A model generated the notes under the pieces. That model saw nothing but the letters and a program-made list of their open reading frames with translations. It made no database searches and was not told where the DNA came from. From Pontiella sp. (lineage in GTDB: Bacteria; Verrucomicrobiota; Kiritimatiellia; Kiritimatiellales; Pontiellaceae), in assembly GCA_050290185.1 (NCBI GenBank), contig JBNKHE010000006.1, positions 32,001 to 96,000 on the forward strand: a stretch of 64,000 nucleotides of DNA, read 5' to 3'. Within the stretch, counting starts at the first letter, position 1, and each line of letters opens with the position of its first letter. The translations under genes were made by a program, and so were the position numbers. Below, piece by piece: positions 31,300 through 40,845 of this stretch.

Positions 31300-34020
31300 A
31301 TGTCGGGAGGGAAGGCCCATCTAAATGCCGCATTTGACGGCTTCCAGAAGCGCTCAGGACTCGTTGTTCCATTTAGCTGGCAAAAAATCGAACTGGCCAT
31401 CGACCGCGCGGTCGATGACGTCGCCCGCAAGCATCAGCTCGCCAAAAATGAAGGGTTGGCTTCCAAGGTGACCGATCAGGTACTCCAGCAGCTCAACACC
31501 CCGCAAAGCGAGTTCTACGTTCATCCCGACGATAACAAAAAACGCATCCCGAAAATCGAGGACGTTCAGGATCTGGTCGAAATCGTTCTGGCCGAACAGG
31601 GTGAAACCCTGGTCGTGGCCTCCTACAAGCGCTACCGCAAGCAACGCGAAATAGCCCGCCGCAATATCCGGGTCCGCGGGAACCGCACCAGGAGTAATGT
31701 CGACGTAACCGATGCCAGCCTGCTGCTGGTTGAATCCTCCTCCAACAACATCAACCTGCCCTGGGACCGCAAACGCATCGTCAAGCAGATCCTCGACAAG
31801 ACCGACCTCTCCGTTGAAGTCGCCATCAATGTGGCCAAGTCCGTTGAAAACCGCATTATCGCAAGCGACCTATCGGTCATTAACACCACGCTCATTCGTG
31901 AACTCGTTAACAACGAACTGATGGAACGCGGCTACTCCCAGCAGCTGCGCGATCTCTCACTGTATCGCGTTTCCAAGGACTATATCGAAAACCTGATGTT
32001 CACCAAATCGACCGAAAACTCGAATATCGTGAACAACAATCCCGAAGCCGTGAACCTCGGCGTCGCCGAACTAGTACTGAAGCAATGGGCGCTCGACACC
32101 ATCTTCAGCCCGGAAGTCAAACGCGCGCACGACACCGGTGCAGTCCATTTGCACGATCTCGGCTATCCGACACGGGTTTACTGTTCGTCACACTCGATCG
32201 AATACGTCAAAAAATATGGCCTGACCGGCCTGATCAACCTCAACACCACGTCTAGCCCGGCCCGTTCCGCCTCCGTACTGACCGGCCATCTCAACACCTT
32301 CCTGGCCTCAATGCAGGCCAACTATGCCGGCGCACTCGGCATCGCCTACATCAACATCCTTTATGCCCCGTTCCTTGTCGGCATGAGCGATGGCGAACTT
32401 CACCAGGTAGCACAGGAACTCATCTTCAACGGTTCGCAGAACGCATTCTCCCGCGGCGGCCAAACCCTGTTTCTCGACTTCAACATCCACACCGGTGTTC
32501 CAAGCTACCTTAAAACGGTACCGGCCATCGGTTCCGGAGGACACTACCAGCTCCGGCTTAAAGACGGCACCATCGTCGAGCTGGAAGAAGAACTTCGCGA
32601 TGAAACCGATGCCGCCGGCTATAAACTGATGGAACTCTACTACCATGATCCTGTGCTGGGCAAACGCTTGGTCCTGCGCGAGTTGGCCGATGAAAAAGAC
32701 GGCACCATCTACGACCCCGAAGTCCAGGCTATGCTGGAGGATAACGCAGAAGCGATTGTCACCTACAGCGACTATACCCAGGAAGCACAGAGCTTCTGCC
32801 GCGCCCTGCTCAAGGTATTCGGCGAAGGCGATGCCAACGGCCGCATCTTCGAATTCCCGAAGTGCGACTTCCACGTCTCCGACGAAACCTATGAGGACCC
32901 GGCCCAGTTCGCCATCTTCCAGGAAGCCTGTGAACTCGCATCCAAAAACGGATCAACCTACTTCATCTTCGACCGCGATGAAGTCACCCTGTCCGCCTGC
33001 TGCCGCCTGCGTACCACCATCAGCGACAACCGGATGCTCAAGCACCCCGAAAGCATGCGCTTCTGCGGATTCCAGAATGTAACCATCAACATCCCGCAAG
33101 CCTCCTACCGAGCCGCGCGCACCGGAGGAGACATCATTAAAAACTTCTTTTCCGAGCTCGATCGCACCATGGAACTCGCGGTCGATGCCCACCTGCAGAA
33201 GAAGGCCAAGGCCGCCGAAATGCTCAGCGGCCCGGGACATCCGCTCTGGCAGATCGGCAAAACAGCCAACGACGGCAAACCCTATGTCGACCTTGAAAAC
33301 TGCACCTACATCCTTGGCCTGATCGGCGTGAACGATGCCGTCAAATTCCTCATCGGACAGGAACTGCACGACAGTACGCAGGCACAACGCTTCGGCCTCC
33401 GGATCGTTGCGCACATGTATTCCAAAGCCAAGAAACTGGCTGCGAAGTACAATCTCAAGTTTACCCTCGAGGAATCCCCCGCCGAGTCGGCCGCCCGCCG
33501 TCTGGCCAAGTCCGACATGATCTACTTCGCCGAAGAGTCGAGGGACATCGTCAAGGGTCCGGTCGATGCCGAATACTACACCAACTCGATTCATCTTGCC
33601 GCCGAGGCAGACGTCTCGCTGGTCGACCGCATTGTCGAGCAGTCGAAATACCACAGCATGATCGAATCCGGCGCCATTACCCACTGCTTCATCGGCGAGG
33701 AGCGTCCGGATGCCGATTCCATTGCCCACCTGATGACCGAAGTGTTCTATCGCACCCAATCCGCACAGGTTTGTATATCGCCGGAATTCACCTTCTGCGA
33801 CCGTTGCCACCACCAGACCCGCGGCCTGCTCACCGCCTGCCCGGAATGCGGCTCCACCGAGGTGGTCGGCGAAACCCGCGTGGTCGGCTACTTCAGCAAG
33901 GTGCAGAACTGGAATAAATCCAAACGCTACGGCGAACTGCTGGCCCGCCATGCCGGCAGGTATAATGTCACCACCGCCGATGCCGAAGGCGTTGAACAAA
34001 ACCTCGTAACCGCAAAGTAA
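31300..34020 (+). CDS. nrdD: Anaerobic (class III) ribonucleoside-triphosphate reductase with two ATP cones
   Basis: HLHDLG..RVYC, ACCRL finger loop, PAES, YTNS, CxxC..CxxC Zn site, RVVGYF glycyl-radical motif; start 31279 or 31300. Confidence 0.96.
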   Translation: MSGGKAHLNAAFDGFQKRSGLVVPFSWQKIELAIDRAVDDVARKHQLAKNEGLASKVTDQVLQQLNTPQSEFYVHPDDNKKRIPKIEDVQDLVEIVLAEQGETLVVASYKRYRKQREIARRNIRVRGNRTRSNVDVTDASLLLVESSSNNINLPWDRKRIVKQILDKTDLSVEVAINVAKSVENRIIASDLSVINTTLIRELVNNELMERGYSQQLRDLSLYRVSKDYIENLMFTKSTENSNIVNNNPEAVNLGVAELVLKQWALDTIFSPEVKRAHDTGAVHLHDLGYPTRVYCSSHSIEYVKKYGLTGLINLNTTSSPARSASVLTGHLNTFLASMQANYAGALGIAYINILYAPFLVGMSDGELHQVAQELIFNGSQNAFSRGGQTLFLDFNIHTGVPSYLKTVPAIGSGGHYQLRLKDGTIVELEEELRDETDAAGYKLMELYYHDPVLGKRLVLRELADEKDGTIYDPEVQAMLEDNAEAIVTYSDYTQEAQSFCRALLKVFGEGDANGRIFEFPKCDFHVSDETYEDPAQFAIFQEACELASKNGSTYFIFDRDEVTLSACCRLRTTISDNRMLKHPESMRFCGFQNVTINIPQASYRAARTGGDIIKNFFSELDRTMELAVDAHLQKKAKAAEMLSGPGHPLWQIGKTANDGKPYVDLENCTYILGLIGVNDAVKFLIGQELHDSTQAQRFGLRIVAHMYSKAKKLAAKYNLKFTLEESPAESAARRLAKSDMIYFAEESRDIVKGPVDAEYYTNSIHLAAEADVSLVDRIVEQSKYHSMIESGAITHCFIGEERPDADSIAHLMTEVFYRTQSAQVCISPEFTFCDRCHHQTRGLLTACPECGSTEVVGETRVVGYFSKVQNWNKSKRYGELLARHAGRYNVTTADAEGVEQNLVTAK

Positions 34021-34058
34021 GGACCGGCCTCGTGCCTACCCCGCTAAAGGAGAAAGCA

Positions 34059-34454
34059 ATGGCTGCTAAATTCCAGATCAGAGTGTTCGGAAAAAAGGGC
34101 TGCGATAAATGCCAGACCCTTAACCAGCGCCTCGACAAGCTACTGGCCAAAGATGGCTTCAATGCCTTTGAGAAGCTCTATTGCGACATCGAAACCATTG
34201 ATGGCCTGGTTGCATTCGCAGAAGCTGAATGCATCAATCCATCCCGCATCCCGGCCATGCTCGTTACAAAATGGAACGAAGAAGCAGGCGAATTCGAACC
34301 GCTGCCCGTAGATGAGCCCGGCACGGCCGATGCCGTCTGCAGGAAATCGAAGCTCTACCAATATCTCGGATTGCAAACCGACTATTCTGATACCGGCAAG
34401 GGAGTCATCTCGCCAAAGATGATCCAGTCCATCCTTGCCGAAGTGCCGGAATAA
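34059..34454 (+). CDS. Thioredoxin/glutaredoxin-fold CxxC protein (NrdH-like)
   Basis: IRVFGKKGCDKC and RIP (cis-Pro-like) motif; AAGGAG RBS; lies between nrdD and nrdG. Confidence 0.75.
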   Translation: MAAKFQIRVFGKKGCDKCQTLNQRLDKLLAKDGFNAFEKLYCDIETIDGLVAFAEAECINPSRIPAMLVTKWNEEAGEFEPLPVDEPGTADAVCRKSKLYQYLGLQTDYSDTGKGVISPKMIQSILAEVPE

Positions 34455-34571
34455 TCGATTATCACCCGGCCCGCCAGGCGCGCACCTCCTCCCCTGCGCC
34501 TGGCGGGCCACCCTTGCAAAACAATGCTGTCGCAGACCGAAAAACCGGAAGTAAGCAATTGGAAACCGGAA

Positions 34572-35267
34572 ATGACTTCCATTTATGCTCACCTTGAAAA
34601 GCCCTCGATGGTGGACTACCCAAAACACTTTGCAGCCGTATTCTTTACCAGCGGATGCAATTTTGGATGCGGCTTCTGCCACAACGCCACACTGATGGGG
34701 CATAAGCAGGCCGGACTGACGTGGAAGCAGCTGGAGACGGCCAGCACAAAGTTTAAGAAGGACTGGGTCAACGGCGTCGTCATCAGCGGAGGAGAGCCCA
34801 CCTGTTCGGACGATCTCCTTGAATTGATCCGCTTCTTCAAAGCGCGATTCGGCTTTGCCATCAAGCTCGACACCAATGGATCAAATCCCGATTTGCTGGC
34901 AGAGTGCCTGCCATATGTCGACTATGTCGCGATGGATGTCAAATGCGGCTTATCGGCCTACGCCGATGTCGTCCGCTTCCCCGATACCGAGAAGATTCAG
35001 CAATCCATCGATCTCATCCGCGCCGAAGCCAGAGATTATGAATTCCGAACGACCGTTATCGAATCCATCCATACGGATGAGCAAATGGACGAAGTGCGGC
35101 ATACCATACACGGCTCAAGGCGCTACGCCCTGCAAGCGTTTATTCCCCGCAACGAGCTCCCCGACAGACAATTGCGCCGCCAGCCCCGCACCACCGCCGC
35201 CCGCCTCCATGAACTCCGCGACCGTATGGCCGGCTGCGCCGACGAAATCCTTCTCCGCGGCGCCTGA
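34572..35267 (+). CDS. nrdG: Anaerobic RNR activating enzyme (radical SAM)
   Basis: SMVDYP, GCNFGCGFCHN, ISGGEPT, KLDTNG, EFRTT; start uncertain (34524 or 34572). Confidence 0.92.
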   Translation: MTSIYAHLEKPSMVDYPKHFAAVFFTSGCNFGCGFCHNATLMGHKQAGLTWKQLETASTKFKKDWVNGVVISGGEPTCSDDLLELIRFFKARFGFAIKLDTNGSNPDLLAECLPYVDYVAMDVKCGLSAYADVVRFPDTEKIQQSIDLIRAEARDYEFRTTVIESIHTDEQMDEVRHTIHGSRRYALQAFIPRNELPDRQLRRQPRTTAARLHELRDRMAGCADEILLRGA

Positions 35268-35268
35268 A

Positions 35269-35784
35269 CTAGGCAATCGGATCGGGGCAAACATCACGGC
35301 GTTTGCAGGTGTCGCAGCACGATCCCATCCAAATTTCATCAAACTGCTCCATAACCCCCGAAACGATGTCCGGTTCGTCGGAAACGATCCCTGATTCAAA
35401 GTTGCGGCGGTCCTTGCTTTTTGCCCCCATGCCGGCGCCGGTCAGGTTGGCGCTGCCGAGATAGACCATGCGGCCATCTACCACGACCGTTTTCAGGTGA
35501 ACGCGCGGACAGATATTGCGCTCCAGCCCATCGATCAGTCCCGGATAGTGGTCAAAGTCTTTGCGGAAGTTCGGCCCGGGTTCCTTGGCGTGCAATAGGC
35601 GGATTTCCACACCTTCGGCAACCAGATCGGCCAACACGCCGAGAAAAGGCCGGAAACGCCCGTTGCCATCAACGTGCAGATCCTTGATGTCCGCCGTGGC
35701 GATCCAGACGAATCGCTCCGCATCCGGCACAAGCTTCTGGATCACCGCTTCGTAAATCCTTCTGTTCTTTACAAACTCGATCAT
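35269..35784 (-). CDS. Single-HKD phospholipase D/nuclease family protein
   Basis: HLKTVVVD...GSANLT...NFESG; C-terminal CX2CX5C. Confidence 0.88.
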   Translation of the reverse strand: MIEFVKNRRIYEAVIQKLVPDAERFVWIATADIKDLHVDGNGRFRPFLGVLADLVAEGVEIRLLHAKEPGPNFRKDFDHYPGLIDGLERNICPRVHLKTVVVDGRMVYLGSANLTGAGMGAKSKDRRNFESGIVSDEPDIVSGVMEQFDEIWMGSCCDTCKRRDVCPDPIA

Positions 35785-35785
35785 T

Positions 35786-36430
35786 CTAGCGTGCGTAGGC
35801 GTAGAGCTTGAGAGTTTTGGATTCCGTGAGACCCGGCGGAGGCTCGGTGGCAATACGAATTACTGAACGAGCGTTTTTTACTTCGGGGCGGCGTGTTACA
35901 ACAACTTCATATTCGAAACCATCGCGAATGGTTTTGAGTTCAGCCGGCAGGGCCGCGTGCGACGACGTAATACTCAGCAACCTGATGGGCATGGCGTTGG
36001 GATTGTGCAAGTGAATCGTCTTTCCCCCGGAGGAGTCCTCTCTATTCCACTGAACCAGCGGTGAACTGATCTCGTAGGCCTTGGGGATGTCGGCCACAAG
36101 CGTCAGCACCTGCTCACCGCCGTCTCCCGTTCTGACCATGACCGTCTTTCGCAGTTGCCCGCCCCGCCCCTGCAGGTTGAGCCCGATCGTCAATGTTCCT
36201 TCTTCGCCGGGGGCATAGGATGGTTTGGTTGGCTTCGCCGACAGGCATCCGCAATTAATAACGACGTCGGAAATGGAAACGGGATCGTCTCCCGTGTTCG
36301 TAAAATGGAAAACCGCCTCTGCGGCGATCTGCGTCGGATGCACCGGAATGACCACCTCAACCTGCTCCCACTTAATTTCGGCCACTGCCATAACCGAAAT
36401 CATCCATGCACATAAAAGGAATTTTCTCAT
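35786..36430 (-). CDS. DUF1573 Ig-like exported protein
   Basis: Signal peptide; FHFTNTG..CGC..APGEEG motif. Confidence 0.85.
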   Translation of the reverse strand: MRKFLLCAWMISVMAVAEIKWEQVEVVIPVHPTQIAAEAVFHFTNTGDDPVSISDVVINCGCLSAKPTKPSYAPGEEGTLTIGLNLQGRGGQLRKTVMVRTGDGGEQVLTLVADIPKAYEISSPLVQWNREDSSGGKTIHLHNPNAMPIRLLSITSSHAALPAELKTIRDGFEYEVVVTRRPEVKNARSVIRIATEPPPGLTESKTLKLYAYAR

Positions 36431-37647
36431 CCCGACTCCAGTAGCTTCCGCAGGTTGAATCCTACCAGACAGACATCATCCGCAAACTGTTTGTTTTTGG
36501 CGAATTCAAGGGCGGCATTTTCAAGTCCGCGGAAGATGCGGCCAAGCGATTTGCCGCTCATTTCCTGGGCAGCATGAAGCAAACGTTTCTCGCAAAACGG
36601 TTCTTCCTGCGCACTCATGAGCGTGAAAAGTCCGTCGGTAAACAAAACCACCGAATCGGCAGGCTGCAACTGGCAGGTGATGGTTCGGAATTTTGCCTTG
36701 GGCTCAGCGGCCAACGCCGGTCCGCGCAGCACCAGATTTTCGAATAGCCACTTGGCCGGTTGGCCCGGCCTGAAATGCAGCGGCAGTGGATGGCCGGCAC
36801 TGGCAAGCCGTGCCTGTCCGGTGGCTACATCCAGCACCATGTAGCAGGCTGTGATATCCAGCAGCAGGGCGTCGGGATGCAGCAAGGGATAAAGCTGCTC
36901 ATTCAACCTTCCCAGATAGGCGGAAGGATCCTCCGCCATCGCATAGATATCCTGCATAATCCCCCGGACCAGCGATGCGCCAAGCGCTGCGCGTGCGCCG
37001 GATCCCAGCACATCGCACAATAGAATAGCGACCTGGGTTGTCGAAATGCGCCGGACATAGCAATAGTCCCCGCTAACCAGATTGCATTTATTAAAATGGT
37101 GGAGGAATTCCACGCAGCTATCTTCAGGGTTCACTCCTTCAGGAAAGACCGGGTACTCCGACAGAAAGAAACTGCGCTGCAGCTTACCGGCCATGCGCGC
37201 ATCGTCTTCCATCAGATCCTTGATGGCCCGAACCTGTTCTGCATACTGTTGTGCTTTGAGCTGGGCTTCCTTCTGGGCAGTGATATCCCGCGAGATTCCG
37301 AAAATTCCGACAATTTCCCCGCGATCATTGCGAATCGGGACTTTGGAAGAGGAAACCCAGGTCACCCGACCATCGGGCCATATCTCTTTTTCTTCAAGCC
37401 CCCGCAGAATTTCGCCGGTTGCAATAATATGCTGTTCGTCAACGTAGGTTTGACGGGCATGCTCTTCGGCAAAAACATCGAAGTCGGTCTTTCCAATCCC
37501 CTCTTCCGGCGTAGCCCACCCATGCTTGGATGCACAGGCATGGTTGCACAGGACAAAGCGGGACCGGGCATCTTTGAAGTAGATGACATCCAGGGAACTG
37601 TGCAACAACTGCTCCAACAGATATCCGTCATCTGGCAAGTTATTCAT
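36427..37647 (-). CDS. PAS + PP2C/SpoIIE phosphatase (paralog 2)
   Basis: IYFKD...WVSSSKVP..G.SRDIT PAS/PAC; SGDY, CDVLGSG, AGHP, FTDG, DDV. Confidence 0.92.
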   Translation of the reverse strand: MNNLPDDGYLLEQLLHSSLDVIYFKDARSRFVLCNHACASKHGWATPEEGIGKTDFDVFAEEHARQTYVDEQHIIATGEILRGLEEKEIWPDGRVTWVSSSKVPIRNDRGEIVGIFGISRDITAQKEAQLKAQQYAEQVRAIKDLMEDDARMAGKLQRSFFLSEYPVFPEGVNPEDSCVEFLHHFNKCNLVSGDYCYVRRISTTQVAILLCDVLGSGARAALGASLVRGIMQDIYAMAEDPSAYLGRLNEQLYPLLHPDALLLDITACYMVLDVATGQARLASAGHPLPLHFRPGQPAKWLFENLVLRGPALAAEPKAKFRTITCQLQPADSVVLFTDGLFTLMSAQEEPFCEKRLLHAAQEMSGKSLGRIFRGLENAALEFAKNKQFADDVCLVGFNLRKLLESG

Positions 37648-37705
37648 AAGCCCTGTACTTTTCCGCCAATCCTGATCCAGGCCGGCCTGGTCGTTGAAAT
37701 CGCGG

Positions 37706-38923
37706 TCACACCATGGAATGTTTGAAATGCAATCCAACCATGCAGACATCGTCATCCAGACCGCCATGCCCTGCAAAATCGCTGGCATCCTTGGCTAAAG
37801 CAGGGAAGAGATCCGGGAGCGGCAGACGGGCCAGACGTTGGGCCGCCTCTTGCATGCGTTCCTCACCGAATTCCTCGCCGTCATCGCGCTCAACCTCATA
37901 AAGACCATCGGTGTAGATCATCACCGAGTCCCCCGGTTGCAGTTGCTTCTCTATGGTCTGGTAGGTTGCATCCTCGGCAATCGCCAATGCGCAACCGCGC
38001 AATGCAGAATCGCCCATCAGCCATGCCGCCGTTTCCCCGCCGTCCTTGAAATGCAGGGGATCAGGGTGTCCGGCATTCGCCATGGAAAGTTTCCCGGTCG
38101 AGGCATCGAAAACAATGTAGCAGGCTGACGCAAAGAGCAGCATGTCCTCTTGTCGAAGCATGGGAAGCAACAGTTGATTCATCCGTTCCAGAAACCTGCC
38201 CGGGTCCGTGGCCACCGGAGCCAATTCCTCCACTATGGCACAGATCAGCGCAGTACCGAGGGCTGCGCGCACCCCATGCCCCATGACATCGCATTGAAAG
38301 ATTCCCGCCTGGGTATCGGACAGACGCCGCACCGTGCAGAAGTCTCCGCTTACCATGCCACTGGCATTGTAGTAGTGGCTGAATTCAACACAACTTTCCG
38401 ACGACGAAACGCCGGAAGGGAACACGGGGTAGTTTCTCGGAAAGAAGGTCTTCTGCAACTCGGCCGCCATCCGGACATCTTCCTCCATGCCCTCCTTGAT
38501 GCGGCGAACCTGTTCCGCAAAATAGGCCGCCCGCAGCTCGGCCTCTTTGTGATCGGTAATATCGCGTGACACCCCGAATGTGCCGATGATCTTTCCTTCG
38601 GCACTTCTTAGCGGCATCTTGGTCGTGGACACCCACGTAATACGTCCGTCCGGCCAGGTTTCCTTTTCCTCCACACCGACCAGCGGCTCGCCCGTGGAAA
38701 TAATGCGTTGCTCGTCATCATAGGCCTTCTGGGCGTGCGACTGGGCAAACAGATCGAAGTCGGAATGGCCAACCACGGCATCCGGGTTGAGTCCGGTCCA
38801 GTCACAAAACGACTTGTTAACCATAATAAACCGGGATTCAACGTCCTTGAAATAGATGTTGTCCGGCATGTTTTCCATGAGATTCTTCAGTAGAAACCGG
38901 GTATCATTCAGATCGTTGCTCAT
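37706..38923 (-). CDS. PAS + PP2C/SpoIIE phosphatase (paralog 1)
   Basis: IYFKD...WVSTTKMP PAS/PAC; SGDF, CDVMGHG, NAGHP, YTDGLYE, DDV; GGAG RBS. Confidence 0.93.
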   Translation of the reverse strand: MSNDLNDTRFLLKNLMENMPDNIYFKDVESRFIMVNKSFCDWTGLNPDAVVGHSDFDLFAQSHAQKAYDDEQRIISTGEPLVGVEEKETWPDGRITWVSTTKMPLRSAEGKIIGTFGVSRDITDHKEAELRAAYFAEQVRRIKEGMEEDVRMAAELQKTFFPRNYPVFPSGVSSSESCVEFSHYYNASGMVSGDFCTVRRLSDTQAGIFQCDVMGHGVRAALGTALICAIVEELAPVATDPGRFLERMNQLLLPMLRQEDMLLFASACYIVFDASTGKLSMANAGHPDPLHFKDGGETAAWLMGDSALRGCALAIAEDATYQTIEKQLQPGDSVMIYTDGLYEVERDDGEEFGEERMQEAAQRLARLPLPDLFPALAKDASDFAGHGGLDDDVCMVGLHFKHSMV

Positions 38924-39032
38924 GCACTTCTCTCCTAAACCGCAACTATTGTTATGCCAACCCCTTGGATGCATCAACGCAAAAGCAGATGAATCAACTC
39001 CCCATTAACCGTACATCTGCTAAGTTTCCAGA

Positions 39033-39230
39033 ATGGAAGAGCGTATAAATCAACTCGAAAGCTTGACGGCATTGCAGGATAACACCCTCGCACAGCTCAA
39101 TAACGAAGTGTTCCGCCAGCAACAGGACATCGCCCGGCTCCGGCAACGCATTGAAGCGTTGGAGAAAAAACTGGAGCAAATAGACCAACCGGACGAAATT
39201 GCGGGCAATGAAAGGCCGCCCCACTGGTAA
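39033..39230 (+). CDS. slyX: SlyX family protein
   Basis: ERINQLE...LNNEV..QQ coiled coil ending ERPPHW. Confidence 0.85.
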   Translation: MEERINQLESLTALQDNTLAQLNNEVFRQQQDIARLRQRIEALEKKLEQIDQPDEIAGNERPPHW

Positions 39231-39300
39231 ATTTTCGCTATTGATACTAGCACCTGCGTGTCAATCTGCTAAAAGCGTCGCCGCCAAAACAAAGGAAACC

Positions 39301-40725
39301 ATGCGAAGCAAGCAAACGAAAATTATCTGTACCATTGCGGGAAACCGCTGCGAACCCGACTTCATTCGGCAACTCGTCGATAGCGGAATGAACGTGGCCC
39401 GTCTCAATACCGCCCACATCAGCACCGAAGAAGCCGAAGTGATCATCGCCAACATTCGGTCTGTCTCCGAACACATCGGCATCCTGATCGACACCAAGGG
39501 TCCCGAAGTTCGCACCTGCGAAATCGACGAGCCCATCCAGCTCAAAACGGGCGACTCCGTCTGCATTGCCTCCGACCGCGTTCCCGAGGGAGGCTTCAAG
39601 GTCAACTATGAAGACTTTGTCGAGGAGATCCCCAAGGGCAGCGTAATCCTGCTCGATGACGGCGAAATCCAACTTACCGTAACCGGCAAAACCCCCGTCA
39701 CGCTCACCTGCGTTGCCGACAACGACGGCACCATTAAAAACCGCAAGAGCGTCAACGTCCCCGGCATCAAACTCAACATGCCCGCGCTCACCGAAAAAGA
39801 TGCGGAATTCATCGACTGGGCCACCCGAATGGATATCGAATTCATTGCCCATTCCTTCGTGCGCAGCCGCGACGATGTCATGGCCGTTCAAAGCATTCTC
39901 GACATGCGGAAAAGCCCCATGAAGATCATTGCCAAGATCGAAAACCGCGAGGGGGTCGACAATCTCGAATCCATCCTCGATGTCGCCCACAGCGTCATGG
40001 TCGCACGCGGCGATCTCGGCATTGAAATCCCGGCCGAAGAGGTGCCGGTCATCCAGAAGCAGATCATCAAGACCTGCATCCGCCGCGTGAAGCCGGTGAT
40101 CACCGCCACGCAGATGCTCCACTCCATGATCGACAACCCCCGCGCAACCCGCGCCGAAGTGTCCGACGTGGCCAACGCCATTTACGACGGCACCGACGCC
40201 GTCATGCTGAGCGGCGAAACCGCCTACGGGAAATACCCCAGTGAAGCGGTCCAAACCATGGCCGATATCGCCCGCAATGTCGAAGCGCAGAAACTTTCGC
40301 TCAGCTACAAGCTCCCCGTCGTTCAACAGGCGGAAGATTTAATGCCGCGCAACCATCTGGCCAAATCCGCCGTCGCGATGGCCGCGATGCTTCCCGCAAA
40401 AGCGATCATTACCAGCACCAAGTCCGGCGACACCGCGCAAATCTGCGCCTCCTACCGTGGCCGGACCCCTATCATCGCCCTCTCGTCCAGCATGCGCATT
40501 GTGCGCGAACTTTCTCTGAGCTACGGAGTGTACGCCGAACGCCTCGACATTCCGCCCACCACCGACGAGCTGGTCAAAACCGCGCTGCAAAAACTGCTGG
40601 TAGAAGGCCACTTTGAAAAAGACGACCTCGTCGTCTTCATCGGCGGCGGACAGATCTACTCCGCCCGCACCAACTTCCTGCAGGTCGACACCCCCGCCAC
40701 CCTGCTCAAAAACGCGCAGACTTAA
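39301..40725 (+). CDS. pyk: Pyruvate kinase
   Basis: TKIICT, GMNVARLN, DTKGPE, AKIE, MVARGDLG, TRAEVSDVANA, MLSGETA. Confidence 0.98.
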   Translation: MRSKQTKIICTIAGNRCEPDFIRQLVDSGMNVARLNTAHISTEEAEVIIANIRSVSEHIGILIDTKGPEVRTCEIDEPIQLKTGDSVCIASDRVPEGGFKVNYEDFVEEIPKGSVILLDDGEIQLTVTGKTPVTLTCVADNDGTIKNRKSVNVPGIKLNMPALTEKDAEFIDWATRMDIEFIAHSFVRSRDDVMAVQSILDMRKSPMKIIAKIENREGVDNLESILDVAHSVMVARGDLGIEIPAEEVPVIQKQIIKTCIRRVKPVITATQMLHSMIDNPRATRAEVSDVANAIYDGTDAVMLSGETAYGKYPSEAVQTMADIARNVEAQKLSLSYKLPVVQQAEDLMPRNHLAKSAVAMAAMLPAKAIITSTKSGDTAQICASYRGRTPIIALSSSMRIVRELSLSYGVYAERLDIPPTTDELVKTALQKLLVEGHFEKDDLVVFIGGGQIYSARTNFLQVDTPATLLKNAQT

Positions 40726-40734
40726 AAAGGCACG

Positions 40735-40759
40735 AAAAAAGCGAACCCTCTGGTTCGCC
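40735..40759 (-). terminator. Intrinsic terminator downstream of ppnP
   Basis: GCGAACC-CTCT-GGTTCGC hairpin preceded by A6 (a U-run on the minus strand). Confidence 0.65.
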
Positions 40760-40788
40760 TAGATCGTTATCCGTCGGTGGAGTTGCCC

Positions 40789-40838
40789 TGGAGGGGCATT
40801 GTCCTCGATGCCCGGTCGGCGCGAACGCCGACCCTCCA
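40789..40838. repeat. Inverted REP doublet (GGAG-type), copy 1
   Basis: TGGAG-GGGCATTG-TCCT-CGATGCCC / GGTCGGCG-CGAA-CGCCGACC-CTCCA. Confidence 0.75.
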
Positions 40839-40845
40839 CCACGGT

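Noticed and set aside
32542..32760. Intein or intron in nrdD
   Set aside because: The frame is continuous, with no intein terminal residues and no homing endonuclease
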